Source: Catajapyx aquilonaris
Taxonomy: Eukaryota
Reading direction: 5' to 3'
Length of the DNA stretch: 48,161 nt
Assembly (NCBI GenBank): GCA_000934665.2
Contig: KZ538137.1
Coordinates: 124,001 to 172,161 of the forward strand
Shown here: positions 37,201-48,161 of the stretch, one piece after another
How positions within the stretch are numbered: the stretch's first letter is position 1
Layout: each line of letters opens with the position of its first letter
The notes under the pieces: model-generated
Told to the model about the DNA's origin: nothing
Databases searched by the model: none
The model's input: the letters and a program-made list of their open reading frames with translations, nothing else
Translations under genes and position numbers: made by a program

Positions 37201-37933
37201 ATGAAACATGTTCACTTCTACTCTGAGTAATCATTATTGTTATTACTAGTACTGATATTATAGTAATTAGTACTGCATATGCATTTTAAAGGGTCACTAA
37301 AATATCTTGCAGGTATATTGGAGAGTTGATTTCTGATTCAGAAGCTGATCATCGCGAAGATGATTCTTATCTATTTGACCTGGACAACCGCGATGGGGAG
37401 ACCTATTGCATTGATGCCCGCCGTTATGGCAATGTGGCTCGCTTCATAAACCACATGTGTGAGCCAAATCTGGTACCAGTGAAAGTGTTCATGGACCACC
37501 AGGACCTACGCTTCCCCAGGATGGCCTTCTTTGCTGCTAGGGACATTGAAGCTGAAGAAGAACTTGGGTAAACATATTTTAGGCAGTTGATTTCAAAGAA
37601 TTGCAAGAGTATCGACAGAGATCAACATTTTAAGCTTATTGCGCACAGACATGCTTACCTGCATGACATGATGGAGTCCCACTTGTCTCTTGTGATGTAC
37701 TTACAGCTTTGACTAATACAGTTTGGTGATAATTATAACTGGCTTCCAGGTTTGACTATGGCGAGAAGTTCTGGATAATCAAGTACAAGTCTTTCACCTG
37801 CACTTGTGGCTCCCCCAAGTGCAAGTACTCTGAAACTACAATTCAGCAGACCTTAGAGAATTACAAGAGGCGGCTCCAGGAGGAGAGTCAGCGAGAAGTT
37901 GACCTTGCAGGTCAAGTGAACATCACCAATTAA
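31217..37933 (+). CDS. EHMT1: Histone-lysine N-methyltransferase EHMT1/EHMT2 (GLP/G9a) homolog
   Basis: Exons 31217-32696, 33063-33223, 33659-34203, 34484-34745, 35071-35489, 35602-35760, 35822-36031, 36707-36851, 36911-37194, 37313-37567, 37750-37933. Domains: Cys-rich ([19 protein letters not shown]), ankyrin repeats ([11 protein letters not shown]), pre-SET, SET ([32 protein letters not shown]) and post-SET ([10 protein letters not shown]). Likely a co-ortholog of both vertebrate genes. Confidence 0.95.
31559..31852 (+). repeat. Coding tandem repeat, about 33-bp/11-aa unit ([11 protein letters not shown]), about 9 copies
   Basis: [98 protein letters not shown]. Confidence 0.9.
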
Positions 37934-38551
37934 GTTTATTAAGTGATGGAAAGCGCAGGACGCTATCAAATTTATTTCCACTTTGTTTGGCAGAGTATGT
38001 TTATGTGTGTGTGTTTGCATGTCATGTTTTGTTCTAGCATGTTTAAAAAATTCAATCCATCAATGGATCATATTTTGTTTGACATTGAGATGTTTTTATT
38101 TGTGGTGAATAATGGCCCACTACTTTGACCTTTAGAGAGAGTTTTATATGTGTAGCATTTCTGACAGCAGAGTTAACTGAAATAAACAAAAGTATCAGTT
38201 TGAATATTGTTTTCTTGTAATACTGTATGTTATTCTGTATTACTATGTAACTGGGTGCAGTATTGTCAGGAAAATGAATGTAAATGGTAAATCATATAAA
38301 ACTGCTGTATTTCAGAGGAACTACCTACCACGTTTCTCTCCCAGCTCATTCCTCATTCCCATCAGGAAGTAGAGAGTACGGATTTGAGACTACAATACCA
38401 TCTGAGGTTCACCAGAGTGTGGTGGCCGAAGGCCAGGTCAGCATGTATACAAAAACATTTCGAACATGTATCATTCAGTAGTGGAATATGTACAGTACAT
38501 AAATGAGCGTGAGTATAAAATGGGCACCAAAACCAGGGGGAAAAAAAGGGT

Positions 38552-38622
38552 TGCATCGGCCGGGAATCGAACCCGGGTCGCCCGCGTGGCAGGCGAGCAT
38601 TCTACCACTGAACCACCGATGC
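38552..38622 (-). tRNA. tRNA-Gly (GCC), copy 1
   Basis: Reverse complement is GCATCGGTGGTTCAGTGGTAGAATGCTCGCCTGCCACGCGGGCGACCCGGGTTCGATTCCCGGCCGATGCA. T7 terminator at 38541-38547. Confidence 0.97.
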
Positions 38623-38910
38623 TTCACTTGAAAGACGTTCAGCCCAGCACCCACCTACTGCAGATCTGCAATGGCGGCCTCTTTTTGGAAGGGAGTGAGG
38701 GGGGATTTGGCGCCAAATACATGGTAGATGGCCAGGAATAAGCCGGATCGTTGGTATCGGACAAGTCTCAACATGACGGCGTGATGGGGCACGTGGAATT
38801 CCAGTCTTGGTTTGTCTTTACGCCGGGAATGGTTTGCGTCATGGCCACCTTACCTCCAAGAAGTGCTCAACTGGGCCAGATGTCCACAATCAGCCGCTCA
38901 CCCGACGTGG

Positions 38911-38949
38911 AGGAGCACCGGTACATGCAGGAGCACCGGTACATGCAGG
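38911..38949. repeat. 18-bp tandem duplication between the tRNA-Gly genes
   Basis: AGGAGCACCGGTACATGC twice, then AGG. Confidence 0.9.
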
Positions 38950-39211
38950 TAGGGACAAAGAAGGAGACCAGAACCAGACATTACACCAAAAGTCAACGAA
39001 TAATGACGTCTTGACCGGTGGAAGCAATGGTGGAAGGGTGGAAGTCATGTCACAATAATATGGCACTCTGGAATGGGGTGGTAACCAACACTCAGCTTGG
39101 AACCGGGTGTACAAGAACTGTAATTAAAATAACGTGAGAAAGTACGGGCTTGCATGGGCCTGAACACGGTCCGGGGGCTGGGCCTGAAATTAGCATAAAA
39201 ACTAAAGGAGT

Positions 39212-39282
39212 TGCATCGGCCGGGAATCGAACCCGGGTCGCCCGCGTGGCAGGCGAGCATTCTACCACTGAACCACCGATGC
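39212..39282 (-). tRNA. tRNA-Gly (GCC), copy 2
   Basis: Identical to copy 1 and offset by 660 bp. T5 terminator at 39197-39201. Confidence 0.97.
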
Positions 39283-39310
39283 TTCACTTATGGGTTTGAT
39301 CAATTCGCAC

Positions 39311-40588
39311 TCATTCGAACTCACTTTGGCACTTGTCAATAGAGTATTTTAATTCTTCGCATATGTCGAGGAAACTTTTGGTGAACACTTCCTTATGTTT
39401 AGGATCTAAAACAACACGTGTGGCTGCCTCTGCTGCTTTAGCCAGAGGATCGTCCTCTTCCAGGTCAGCTGGGTCAGATGCGTCCCCTTTGGGCAACATA
39501 GGGAATGCAATTATTAACGGAATATAGATAATCGATAGTGCACTTCGATCCTTGAAGTCCTCAAACATTTCCTGGAAGGTGAATCCACACTCGCTGACTC
39601 CCAACGTGGAGAGATTAGAAACGAACGTGTCATAATAATAAACCAATAAGTTGGACATATGCTCCTTTCTGAACTCCGTGGTGGTACTGTTAAAGAAATA
39701 ATCGTTGAGGTCCACAGTCAATGACGTGAGGGAAATTCCTTGCATGTCGAACAGTACGACTTCAGTGGGATTGCCTTCAGAATCATATTGGAACATCATA
39801 TTGTTACTCCAGCAGTCTCGATGAGAGACAACTTCAAAAGGGCCTGGATTTTGTATGGCTTGGATTGCAATGTCGAATATTTTCCCTTTAATGCCACTTA
39901 GAGTGTTCAGTATTTCGCGACTGCAACCATCGTCTTCAAGAGATGTAACGATATCTGTGAAACTCTTTTCCCAAGGTTTGCTGAAGCATTGCTTCCCTGA
40001 AGGAGCCATTAGGTCCTCCTGCATAAATTCCCTCTGGTCCAAGGTCGGGAAATCTGTCTTTTTCATCATGGCGAAAGACACTGAATGAAAATCAGCAATG
40101 GCTTTGACGAACAACCTGGAATGTGCTAGATCGTGACCTATGCCCACACCACAAGGAGGGGCAAGGAACCCTCTCTTCGTCACGTCTTCCAAGGCTATTA
40201 CGTCTCTTACTTGGTCATATTTGGTGTAGTAACAAGCAGGAAAGTTGAGGGAAATGGTGGAAGCTGCAGACTGTGAGAGGAATCGTTCCATAGCTGGCAA
40301 AACCGTGTCGTAGAATCGTATTTCTTTCATGGAAAGTAAAAGGTTTGAGAGCATATTTTCTTGAGTTTGGTTTCCCATGAATTTGACGAACATGTCTAGG
40401 GTCTTCTCTTCATTCTGGCTGGTTATGTAGGTGACTAGTATGTTCCTAACGATACTGGTAAAGTGCTCTCCCCGCAAGTTTGGTTCAAACGAGTCGATAG
40501 TTTTTATGACCAAACCATCGTCTTGTAATTTTTCTCTCAGTGACGGTAGTAACAAATCTGATGATATGAAATCGAGCGTGTTGGACAT
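39311..40588 (-). CDS. Ecdysteroid kinase-like (EcKL/DUF227, choline-kinase-like fold) protein, copy 1, 425 aa
   Basis: Single coding exon from MSNTLDF. Motifs FVK, KEIRFYDTVLP, PACYY, IALED, IADFHSVS, HRDCWSNNMMF, LFDMQ, DL..YFF..T...FR, YY..F. Splice acceptor just upstream of the ATG. Confidence 0.9.
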   Translation of the reverse strand: MSNTLDFISSDLLLPSLREKLQDDGLVIKTIDSFEPNLRGEHFTSIVRNILVTYITSQNEEKTLDMFVKFMGNQTQENMLSNLLLSMKEIRFYDTVLPAMERFLSQSAASTISLNFPACYYTKYDQVRDVIALEDVTKRGFLAPPCGVGIGHDLAHSRLFVKAIADFHSVSFAMMKKTDFPTLDQREFMQEDLMAPSGKQCFSKPWEKSFTDIVTSLEDDGCSREILNTLSGIKGKIFDIAIQAIQNPGPFEVVSHRDCWSNNMMFQYDSEGNPTEVVLFDMQGISLTSLTVDLNDYFFNSTTTEFRKEHMSNLLVYYYDTFVSNLSTLGVSECGFTFQEMFEDFKDRSALSIIYIPLIIAFPMLPKGDASDPADLEEDDPLAKAAEAATRVVLDPKHKEVFTKSFLDICEELKYSIDKCQSEFE

Positions 40589-40607
40589 TGCAGACCACTG
40601 AAAGTAC

Positions 40608-40610
<3 letters not shown>

Positions 40611-40670
<60 letters not shown>
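40611..40670. repeat. (AG)30 microsatellite
   Basis: Pure AG run. On the minus strand it forms the pyrimidine tract of a short 5'-UTR intron of EcKL copy 1. Confidence 0.98.
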
Positions 40671-40674
<4 letters not shown>

Positions 40675-42126
40675 TAACTTACTGGATGAAAGGGCTCGTT
40701 GAACTGATCTGGCTAGGAATTACTGCGGCTGTTAACTTTTGAATTAATTGGACAAACGTAATGTTAGGCAACAAATCAAAATTTAATTCGAGTCTGGACA
40801 TGTAGGGTGTAATATCAATATTCCCTTTTGCTTTTGCTGTTCTCTAGATTTACATGTCATATTAGTTTTATCCATTCCACTGAATTAAAACTGAAGTCAC
40901 ACTATGATGCTGATATTTTGGAACCGTGCATAGAAGGATTATTGTACAGTATTATTGTTGAGCATGTAGAAATATTGCGTCTATACTCATTATCAGAATA
41001 CAATCTTGTGCAAGCATGTGTGTATACTACAGTACATCGCGTAGTGTGACATATAAAATTGTTTTGGTCACCGCACTGGTGTCCAAAGGTTTTTCTCGGA
41101 AAAGCTAATTGACAGCGTGAAATTGATATTTTAATAATGTTACCTTATATACTTCGGCCTGCTGCACTAGTATATTTGCTGTTGAAGTCAACCTGAGCTC
41201 TGACACGAGGTTGTCATTCGTAGCCTTACTTCCTTGATAATACCAAAAGCATCCTGCTTCTGGTGACAGTATAATCTATTGTGCTGGGAAAAACACTGTC
41301 GGTTTCGTGCAGCTACAGCAATGTAGGTCCTAGAACTCTACCAAATGATTGGTACAGTGCCTGATAAAATTCAAGGTTATGTTATGCGAGCTCTAGGATG
41401 TACTATGCTGTACCGATACAGTAGAGTACAATAGGTACAATATTAGGTGGTGTCACAGAAAATAGAGCTGTGGTTAATTGGTCATAAGCTTACCGGATAT
41501 TTTAGGGCATATATTTTCAACTTTACCATTTAAAAGCACCACAAAAACCGCAGAACGTTACACAAATGTACTTTTAATTTTTCAAGCAATGGTAGATCGA
41601 CACTCGATTTTTAGAGTTGCATAATGTTCAAGTACTAGCGTATGGAGAAAGACGAGCTTTATTAGTCGGGTCAGCATGCTGGAGAGCACTTATGATGATG
41701 GCATTGTTAGTAAGGAATTGATAGCGACATACTGTAGCCTACGTGTGCGGAATATGACTATTGCTGAAAAGGGACACAAAATAATTAAATGGTAGGCCTA
41801 TATTTTACATTTTAACGACATGTATTTTATCAAAAGATGCATCCAATCACATATTACTTATGTTACATATTACATTCTTCAGTTCTAACCTAAATGAGTT
41901 CGCATGAATATTAGTACTGTACAACAAACGTACGATTGATAGATATAGACACTACTGTAGTTAAATACTGTACCTTGAACAACTTTGACATATATACCCT
42001 ACATGATTACTTTCACGTAAAGTGCTTTCGCTATACTTTTAACAGTGACGCGGCATCTTAGTATAGGTCACTGCACACCATTTGCCCTTGGTAATATTAT
42101 GCAAAACTTATGCAAATAATTATTCC

Positions 42127-43407
42127 TTAGACTAACTTAGCCCGGCACTTGTCGATAGAGTATTTCATTTCTTCGCAGATGCCAAGGAAATTTCTGGAAA
42201 ATGCTGTTTTATGTTTAGGATCTAAAGCAACACATGTGGCCCTCTCTGCCAGTTTGGCCACTGGATCCTCCTCCTCCTCAGGGTCAGTTGTGTCAGATTT
42301 GTCCTCTTTGGGTAACATAGGGAATGCTAGTATTGCTGGAAGGTAGATCAGTAGCAGTGCATTTCGACATCGGAAATCCTCAACCATTTCCTCCAAAGTG
42401 AATCCACACTCGTTTACCCCCAGCCTGGAGAGATTAGAAACGAACGTGTTATAGTAATAAAGCAGTAAGTCGAACATGTGCTCCTTTCTGAACGCCATGG
42501 TGGTACTGGAAAAGAAGTATTGGTTCAGGTCCGCAGTCAGAGACGATAGGGAAGACACTTGTAGGTCGAACAGTATGAGTTCGGTAGGATTGCCTTTTGA
42601 ATCATATTGGAACATTATATTGTTACTCCAGCAGTCTCGATGACAGACGACTTCAAAGGGACCTGGATTTTGTATCACTTGGATTGTAATGTCTAAAATT
42701 TTGCCTTTAATGCTGCGTAGAGTGTTCAGTATTTCGTGATTGCAGCCATCATCTTCTAGAGATGTGACGATGTCTATGAAACTCTTTTCCCAAGGTTTGC
42801 TGAAGCACTGCTTTCCTGCAGGAGTCATTAGTTTCTCCTGCATATATTCACGCTGCTCTAAGGTAGGAAAGTTTGTCTTCCTCATCATGGCGAAAGACAC
42901 CGAGTGAAAATCAGCAATCGCCTTGATGAACAATCTGGCATGTGGTAGGTCTTGACCTATGCCTACACCACAAGGAGAGGCACGGAACCCTCTATTCATT
43001 ATGTCTTCCAAGGCTAGGACATCTCGCACTTTGTCATATTTGGTGTAGTAACATGCTGGAAAGTTGAGGGAAATGGTGGGAGCTGCAGACTGTGCGAGGA
43101 ATCGTTCCATAGCCGGCAAAACTGTGTCGTAGAATCGAATTTCCTTCATGGAATATGACGCGTGTGAGAGAGAATTCTCATGAGTATTGTTTGTCATGAA
43201 CTTGACGAACATATTCAGTGTTTTCTCTTCATTCTGGGTGGTTATATAGGTGACTCTTACATGTCCAACGGCGCTGGCGAAGTGTTCGCACTGTAAGTTT
43301 GGCTCAGATGAGACGATATATTTTATGACCAAACCATCGTCTTGTAACTTTTCCTTCAGTGACCGTAGTAACAAATCTAAGGATATGAAGTCGAGCGCGT
43401 TGGACAT
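42127..43407 (-). CDS. Ecdysteroid kinase-like protein, copy 2, 426 aa
   Basis: Paralog from MSNALDF with HRDCWSNNIMF and LFDLQ; intact ORF. Confidence 0.9.
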   Translation of the reverse strand: MSNALDFISLDLLLRSLKEKLQDDGLVIKYIVSSEPNLQCEHFASAVGHVRVTYITTQNEEKTLNMFVKFMTNNTHENSLSHASYSMKEIRFYDTVLPAMERFLAQSAAPTISLNFPACYYTKYDKVRDVLALEDIMNRGFRASPCGVGIGQDLPHARLFIKAIADFHSVSFAMMRKTNFPTLEQREYMQEKLMTPAGKQCFSKPWEKSFIDIVTSLEDDGCNHEILNTLRSIKGKILDITIQVIQNPGPFEVVCHRDCWSNNIMFQYDSKGNPTELILFDLQVSSLSSLTADLNQYFFSSTTMAFRKEHMFDLLLYYYNTFVSNLSRLGVNECGFTLEEMVEDFRCRNALLLIYLPAILAFPMLPKEDKSDTTDPEEEEDPVAKLAERATCVALDPKHKTAFSRNFLGICEEMKYSIDKCRAKLV

Positions 43408-45661
43408 GGTTGAGACCTGAATATAGAAAAAAGGGAGAAAGTAGATTACTGATTGAATAATCTTTCGCAATAGATCAGGCAAAGATGTACTTCTTAACTT
43501 ATTTAGAGTTAGCTTTATGAATATGGAAGGTTAGATAACAAATTCCAAATTAACTCGACTGTGGTCTCTGGACGTGTAAGGTGCAATATGATCGGAACTT
43601 ATTATTTTGCTACTGTACCGGGAAATGCGCCTATCGTATAAGTAAGTTGTTCTCTTTATTTCCATGAGTACATATTTTTACAAACATGTGAATTGAAAGC
43701 AAAGGGCGTGAAAATATTTCAATAGGTGCCGCATCAAGAATAATAATACTGTAATAATTATTTTGTTAAGACTGCAAAAAACATTGCATCTATACACTTT
43801 ATCGTCATGCAATTTTTTGCAAACAGATAACGATGTAGCCAAAGTTTCGAAATAATATTGCACTGGTTAGTGGTAGCAGAATTTTTTTCGAGAAAGATAC
43901 TTGACATCCTAAATTCAATATTTTAAAAATTTACCTTATACTGATGATTATACTGATGTATTTGATTTTGAAGTCAACCTGAGCACTGACACGATAATGT
44001 TATTCGTTGGATGACTTTCTTGATAATGCCAATATCAGTATAATCATTTTATTGTGTGGGCAAATGCTGTTGGTTACGTGGCGTTATGCAATTCAGGTCT
44101 TATAGAGCTCTGCCAAACGGTTCGTATTACGTGATTAAATTAAAGATCAATAGGTTATGACGTTATGTTATCAAGTTTCGTGATATCCAGTACAGTGCGA
44201 AGAGATATCATGTGGTTTCATAAGAGAGGGAGATATACGTACAGTAGTATATTATCAAATAATCTTACATACAAAAGTGAAACACAATTTTGTGCTATAT
44301 CCAATCGGGGTTTTGGAAATCTTATATTGCGATATGCACATTTTTCATTTTAATAGCACCAGAGTAGGCGGTAAAGACTTTAGATAATGATAATTATTTG
44401 TCAAGAAATTGTAGGTGGCGCTCGATAATTAGATGAGCATAATGATCACTATAACATATAATGAAATTAATTAATTTGTAACACTGCCTGTAGGGACAGG
44501 TTCAAAACTTCAAATGGTGCATTACAATGTAAGATTTTGACACGTTAATAAGAATTACCGGTACTTCAAGTTTTAATGGACAATTAGCACCTCGAAAAAT
44601 CAGTCGCAATCTGCCACAGCTTGACATATAAATTTACAAATTATTATCCTACCTGTTCTGATTTTAAAGTGGACAAATGCCAAAATTGGAAAAAAATGAA
44701 ATACGGATCTTCGTAATAATTATCATAATACGTCGTAAATAAAACATACCTGAATTCCACTCTTGAACCTGACATTATTACGAAGACCTTTCTCAACTAT
44801 AGTAAAAATTGTGGCGGTCGGAGAAAAAATTCCTTGAAAGGGATCCTTGGATAGACAACTTGCAGTTTCTGTGTAATGAAATGAAAGTACTTGCAAGTCA
44901 GGTAGATTCACGCATGTGTATGCAGTTGCTTAATAAGACCAATGAAACTTTAGCAACTTTTCCCGATTCCGAAGTTATTTGTTAAGAAAAAAACAGTACA
45001 GTGCATACCCAGAAGGAGGCTGTAACCAACTTAGAAGGAGGATCATGGTACTGGTTCAGCCTGTGCGGCCTTGCAGCCCCTTTACTCCTGTTTATTCAAT
45101 CCAACAAAACAGAACAAAAAAGAGAAAAAAAGACAAAAGACAATTCAGAAATCATTATAAGTGAATATTATGTCCATGTGTTATTTATAAAAGTTATCCA
45201 CAAGTCAGTGTCCTGAAGCTCAAGAATATGGAGCATGGTTTGATTTATCAGTCAGGTCAGCATGCCTGTGATCTGGGGTGCTCTTATAGTGATAACAAGC
45301 CTTTGTGATAAATGGTGCGGAATATGAGGATGGAAAGTGTCCTAGAATAAAAATTCAATCTTATCACATGTTTTTAGTATACAGATAAGTACGTACGGCT
45401 CCATAAAAATACTGTATGTTTAATCAATCCCTTGAATATTTACATCTTGTGTTATAACTTATAAGCCACTTTCCTTGCAAAATTGCCATGTAGTAACATA
45501 AGTGCAGATAATTCTGGCTTATTACTCTGATATACTTAAAGTTAGTGTTGTAAAATACGGTACAAGATGACTGCTATAGGTAAAATGCCTTTGTGCCTAC
45601 TTTTATGAGTTATCTATTTTAATGCATCCTATTGCCTTGAAAAAAAAATTGTGCAAATACT

Positions 45662-46939
45662 TCATTCGACACACTTAGCCCGACAATTGTCGATAGAGTA
45701 TTTCATTTCTTCACATATGTCAAGGAAACCTTTGGCGTAAGCACTCTTGTGTTTAGGATCTAAAGCAACAAATGTGGATGCCTCAGCCAGTTTGGCCAGA
45801 GCGTCATCCTCCTCTTCGTCCGCTGGGTCAGATTCATCCTCATTGAGTAACATAGGGAATGCTATTAGTGCTGGAACATAGATAAGCATCACTGCATTTC
45901 GATCCCGGAAATCTGCAAGCATTTCTTCGTAGGTGAATCCACACTCATTTACCCCCAGCGAGGAGAGATTAGACACGAACGTTTCATAGTAATAAAGCAC
46001 TAAATCGGACATGTGCTCCTTTCTGAACGCCTTGGAAGTACTAGTAAAGAAGTAATCGTTCAGGTCCACAGTCAGGGACGTGAGGGAAACCCCTTGCAAG
46101 TCGAACAGTACGATTTCAGTAGGATTGCCTTCAGAATCATATTTGAACATCGTATTGTTACTCCAACAGTCCCGATGACATATGACTTCAAAAGGGCCTG
46201 GATTTCGGACTGCATGAATTGAAATGTTGAAAACATTGCCTCGAATGCTGCGTAGAGTGTTCATTATTTCGTGACTGCAGCCATCCTCTTCCAGAGATGC
46301 GATGATGTCTACGAAACTCTTTTCCCAAGCCTTGCTAAAACGTTGCTTTCCTGCAGGAGTCATTAGTTTCTCTTCCATATATTCACGCTGCTCCAAGGTC
46401 GGGAAATTTGTCTTTTTCATCATGGCGAAAGACACCGAGTGAAAATCAGCAATCGCCTTGATGAACAATCTGGCATGGGGTAGGTCTTGACCTGTGACAG
46501 CACAAGTAGAGGCACGGAACCCTCTTTTCGTTATGTCTTCCAAGGCTATGACATCTCGAACTTCGTCATATTTGGTGTAGTAACATGCTGGAAAGTTGAG
46601 GGAAATAGTAGAGGCTGCAGACTGTGCGAGGAATCGTTCCATAGAGGGCAACATTGTATCATAGAATCGAGTTTCCTTCAGAGAAATTGAGCCGTACGCG
46701 AACGAATGCGCTTCCCTTTTGTCGCCCATGAACTTGACGAACATGTCCAGTGCTTTCTCTTCATTCTGAGTGGTTGTGTAGATGACTCGTACTTGTTCAA
46801 CGGCGCTGCAGAAATGTCCGCCCTGCAAGTTTGGCTTAGACAAGTCGAGCGTTTTTATGACCAAACCATCGTCTTGTAATTTTTCTTTCAGAGACTGTAG
46901 TAACAGCTCTGGCGATATGAAGTCGAGCGTGCTGGTCAT
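45662..46939 (-). CDS. Ecdysteroid kinase-like protein, copy 3, 425 aa
   Basis: Paralog from MTSTLDF with HRDCWSNNTMF and LFDLQ; intact ORF. Confidence 0.9.
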   Translation of the reverse strand: MTSTLDFISPELLLQSLKEKLQDDGLVIKTLDLSKPNLQGGHFCSAVEQVRVIYTTTQNEEKALDMFVKFMGDKREAHSFAYGSISLKETRFYDTMLPSMERFLAQSAASTISLNFPACYYTKYDEVRDVIALEDITKRGFRASTCAVTGQDLPHARLFIKAIADFHSVSFAMMKKTNFPTLEQREYMEEKLMTPAGKQRFSKAWEKSFVDIIASLEEDGCSHEIMNTLRSIRGNVFNISIHAVRNPGPFEVICHRDCWSNNTMFKYDSEGNPTEIVLFDLQGVSLTSLTVDLNDYFFTSTSKAFRKEHMSDLVLYYYETFVSNLSSLGVNECGFTYEEMLADFRDRNAVMLIYVPALIAFPMLLNEDESDPADEEEDDALAKLAEASTFVALDPKHKSAYAKGFLDICEEMKYSIDNCRAKCVE

Positions 46940-48161
46940 TCTTGAGCCCTAAGAATGCAACCAGAGAAAATGCGAATTATTTAATGAGCTGACTCATTCA
47001 ATCTGGATCAGGGGTGGGTTTTGCATACCGGTATTTTAAGATTCTTTCACAAACATGGAAGGATTGCCATGAAATTCTTTTTAATCAACCTATGCGACTG
47101 GCTACCATGCATGAGCAGTGACCAGTAAATTGCCCAAGAGAGTGCTACAAAAAGCCAGTGAGAGTGCTATAATCTCTCTGATTACATTCAAATACCAATA
47201 CTTATACTGAGAGCCTCAGATAGTAAGAAAATCCATGTAAAGTAACTTACTTCTGCAGAGGTAGAAATTTCAGTAGGGAAAATGCCATTTAGAAATTATA
47301 CAGAAGCTGTTGTTACAATCTAATCATGCGGAAAAATGTGATTGACTATTTTTCCTGCACCTGGCAATGATGTCTGGATCATTTTCTAATGCATTCTGTA
47401 CTATAATTTGCATCCTGTGCATGACTAATCGCTGCTGCTCATAATTAAGAAAATAATTATTGGAACATGTTGGAGATGAGGGCAAAAATACCGTGAAATA
47501 AAAACAAATATCGCCAATTGCAGCCTTAAATAGGTTGAAGCCGATTTATTACTGCCCCCCCCCCCCCCAAGTAGTATTAGTACACTCACTTATCAAGAAC
47601 TGATTATCAGAGACTGGCCAATATCCTGGGATGATTTTTGACATGTGATAATGCATTTAGTTACAACATCAAAAAAGCAAATGAGGATGGAGACCTCTGT
47701 ATATGGGGCCAATGTGGGTGGGCACGTATAACTTATGAGGCCTGTAAAAATTAATGGATCATAATATGTCAGTATTACATCAACACACTAAAGTATAACT
47801 TGCTGACAGGTGTACAATGGGCGACCAACGAAGTATATTCTTTAAAACCATCCAAGTTACAATGCATGCCGTATCACAATCATATTGTATCTCAATAATT
47901 ATGAAAGAAATAAGAGGAGGTACAATCGGTGCAGATATCTTTTAAATCATGATCAGAATTGACTCTTTTCAATACCGATACACCGGTATTGTTGTAAGCT
48001 GGAGTAATATGTGTCTGTTATATTGTTACATAGAGCAGGATTTTAGGGATATTTTCATTAACGTTAAGGTGGAAATGAAGCTAGAGTCACTCAATGAGAA
48101 TGTTATGAAAAAAACATATGTTACGCAGTTTTGTGTCCTCTTATCAATGGCGCAAAGAAAA

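Overview
Eukaryotic, probably arthropod, genomic window: spliced genes, CpG-rich promoters and a tandem EcKL family. No prokaryotic features or CRISPR arrays. In order: a foldback palindrome; the last exon of an unidentified G/P/Q/Y-rich gene (+); tRNA-His (-); RAD54-like helicase (-) head-to-head with a taperin/phostensin-like gene (+); MED22/Surf5 (-) head-to-head with RPL7A/Surf3 (+), which hosts three recognisable intronic C/D snoRNAs plus a fourth candidate; EHMT (G9a/GLP) H3K9 methyltransferase (+); two identical tRNA-Gly(GCC) genes (-); three tandem ecdysteroid-kinase-like genes (-). Introns hold decayed transposon relics. Highlights: vertebrate 9q34/MHC-paralogon-like microsynteny (TPRN-MED22-RPL7A-EHMT); an extra 28S-antisense snoRNA candidate; a tandem RK 'histone-mimic' repeat in the EHMT N-terminus; a tRNA gene 28 nt after an EcKL stop codon; and a tRNA-His trailer that duplicates its own acceptor strand. 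All exon boundaries and homologies were read by eye, and no searches were run.
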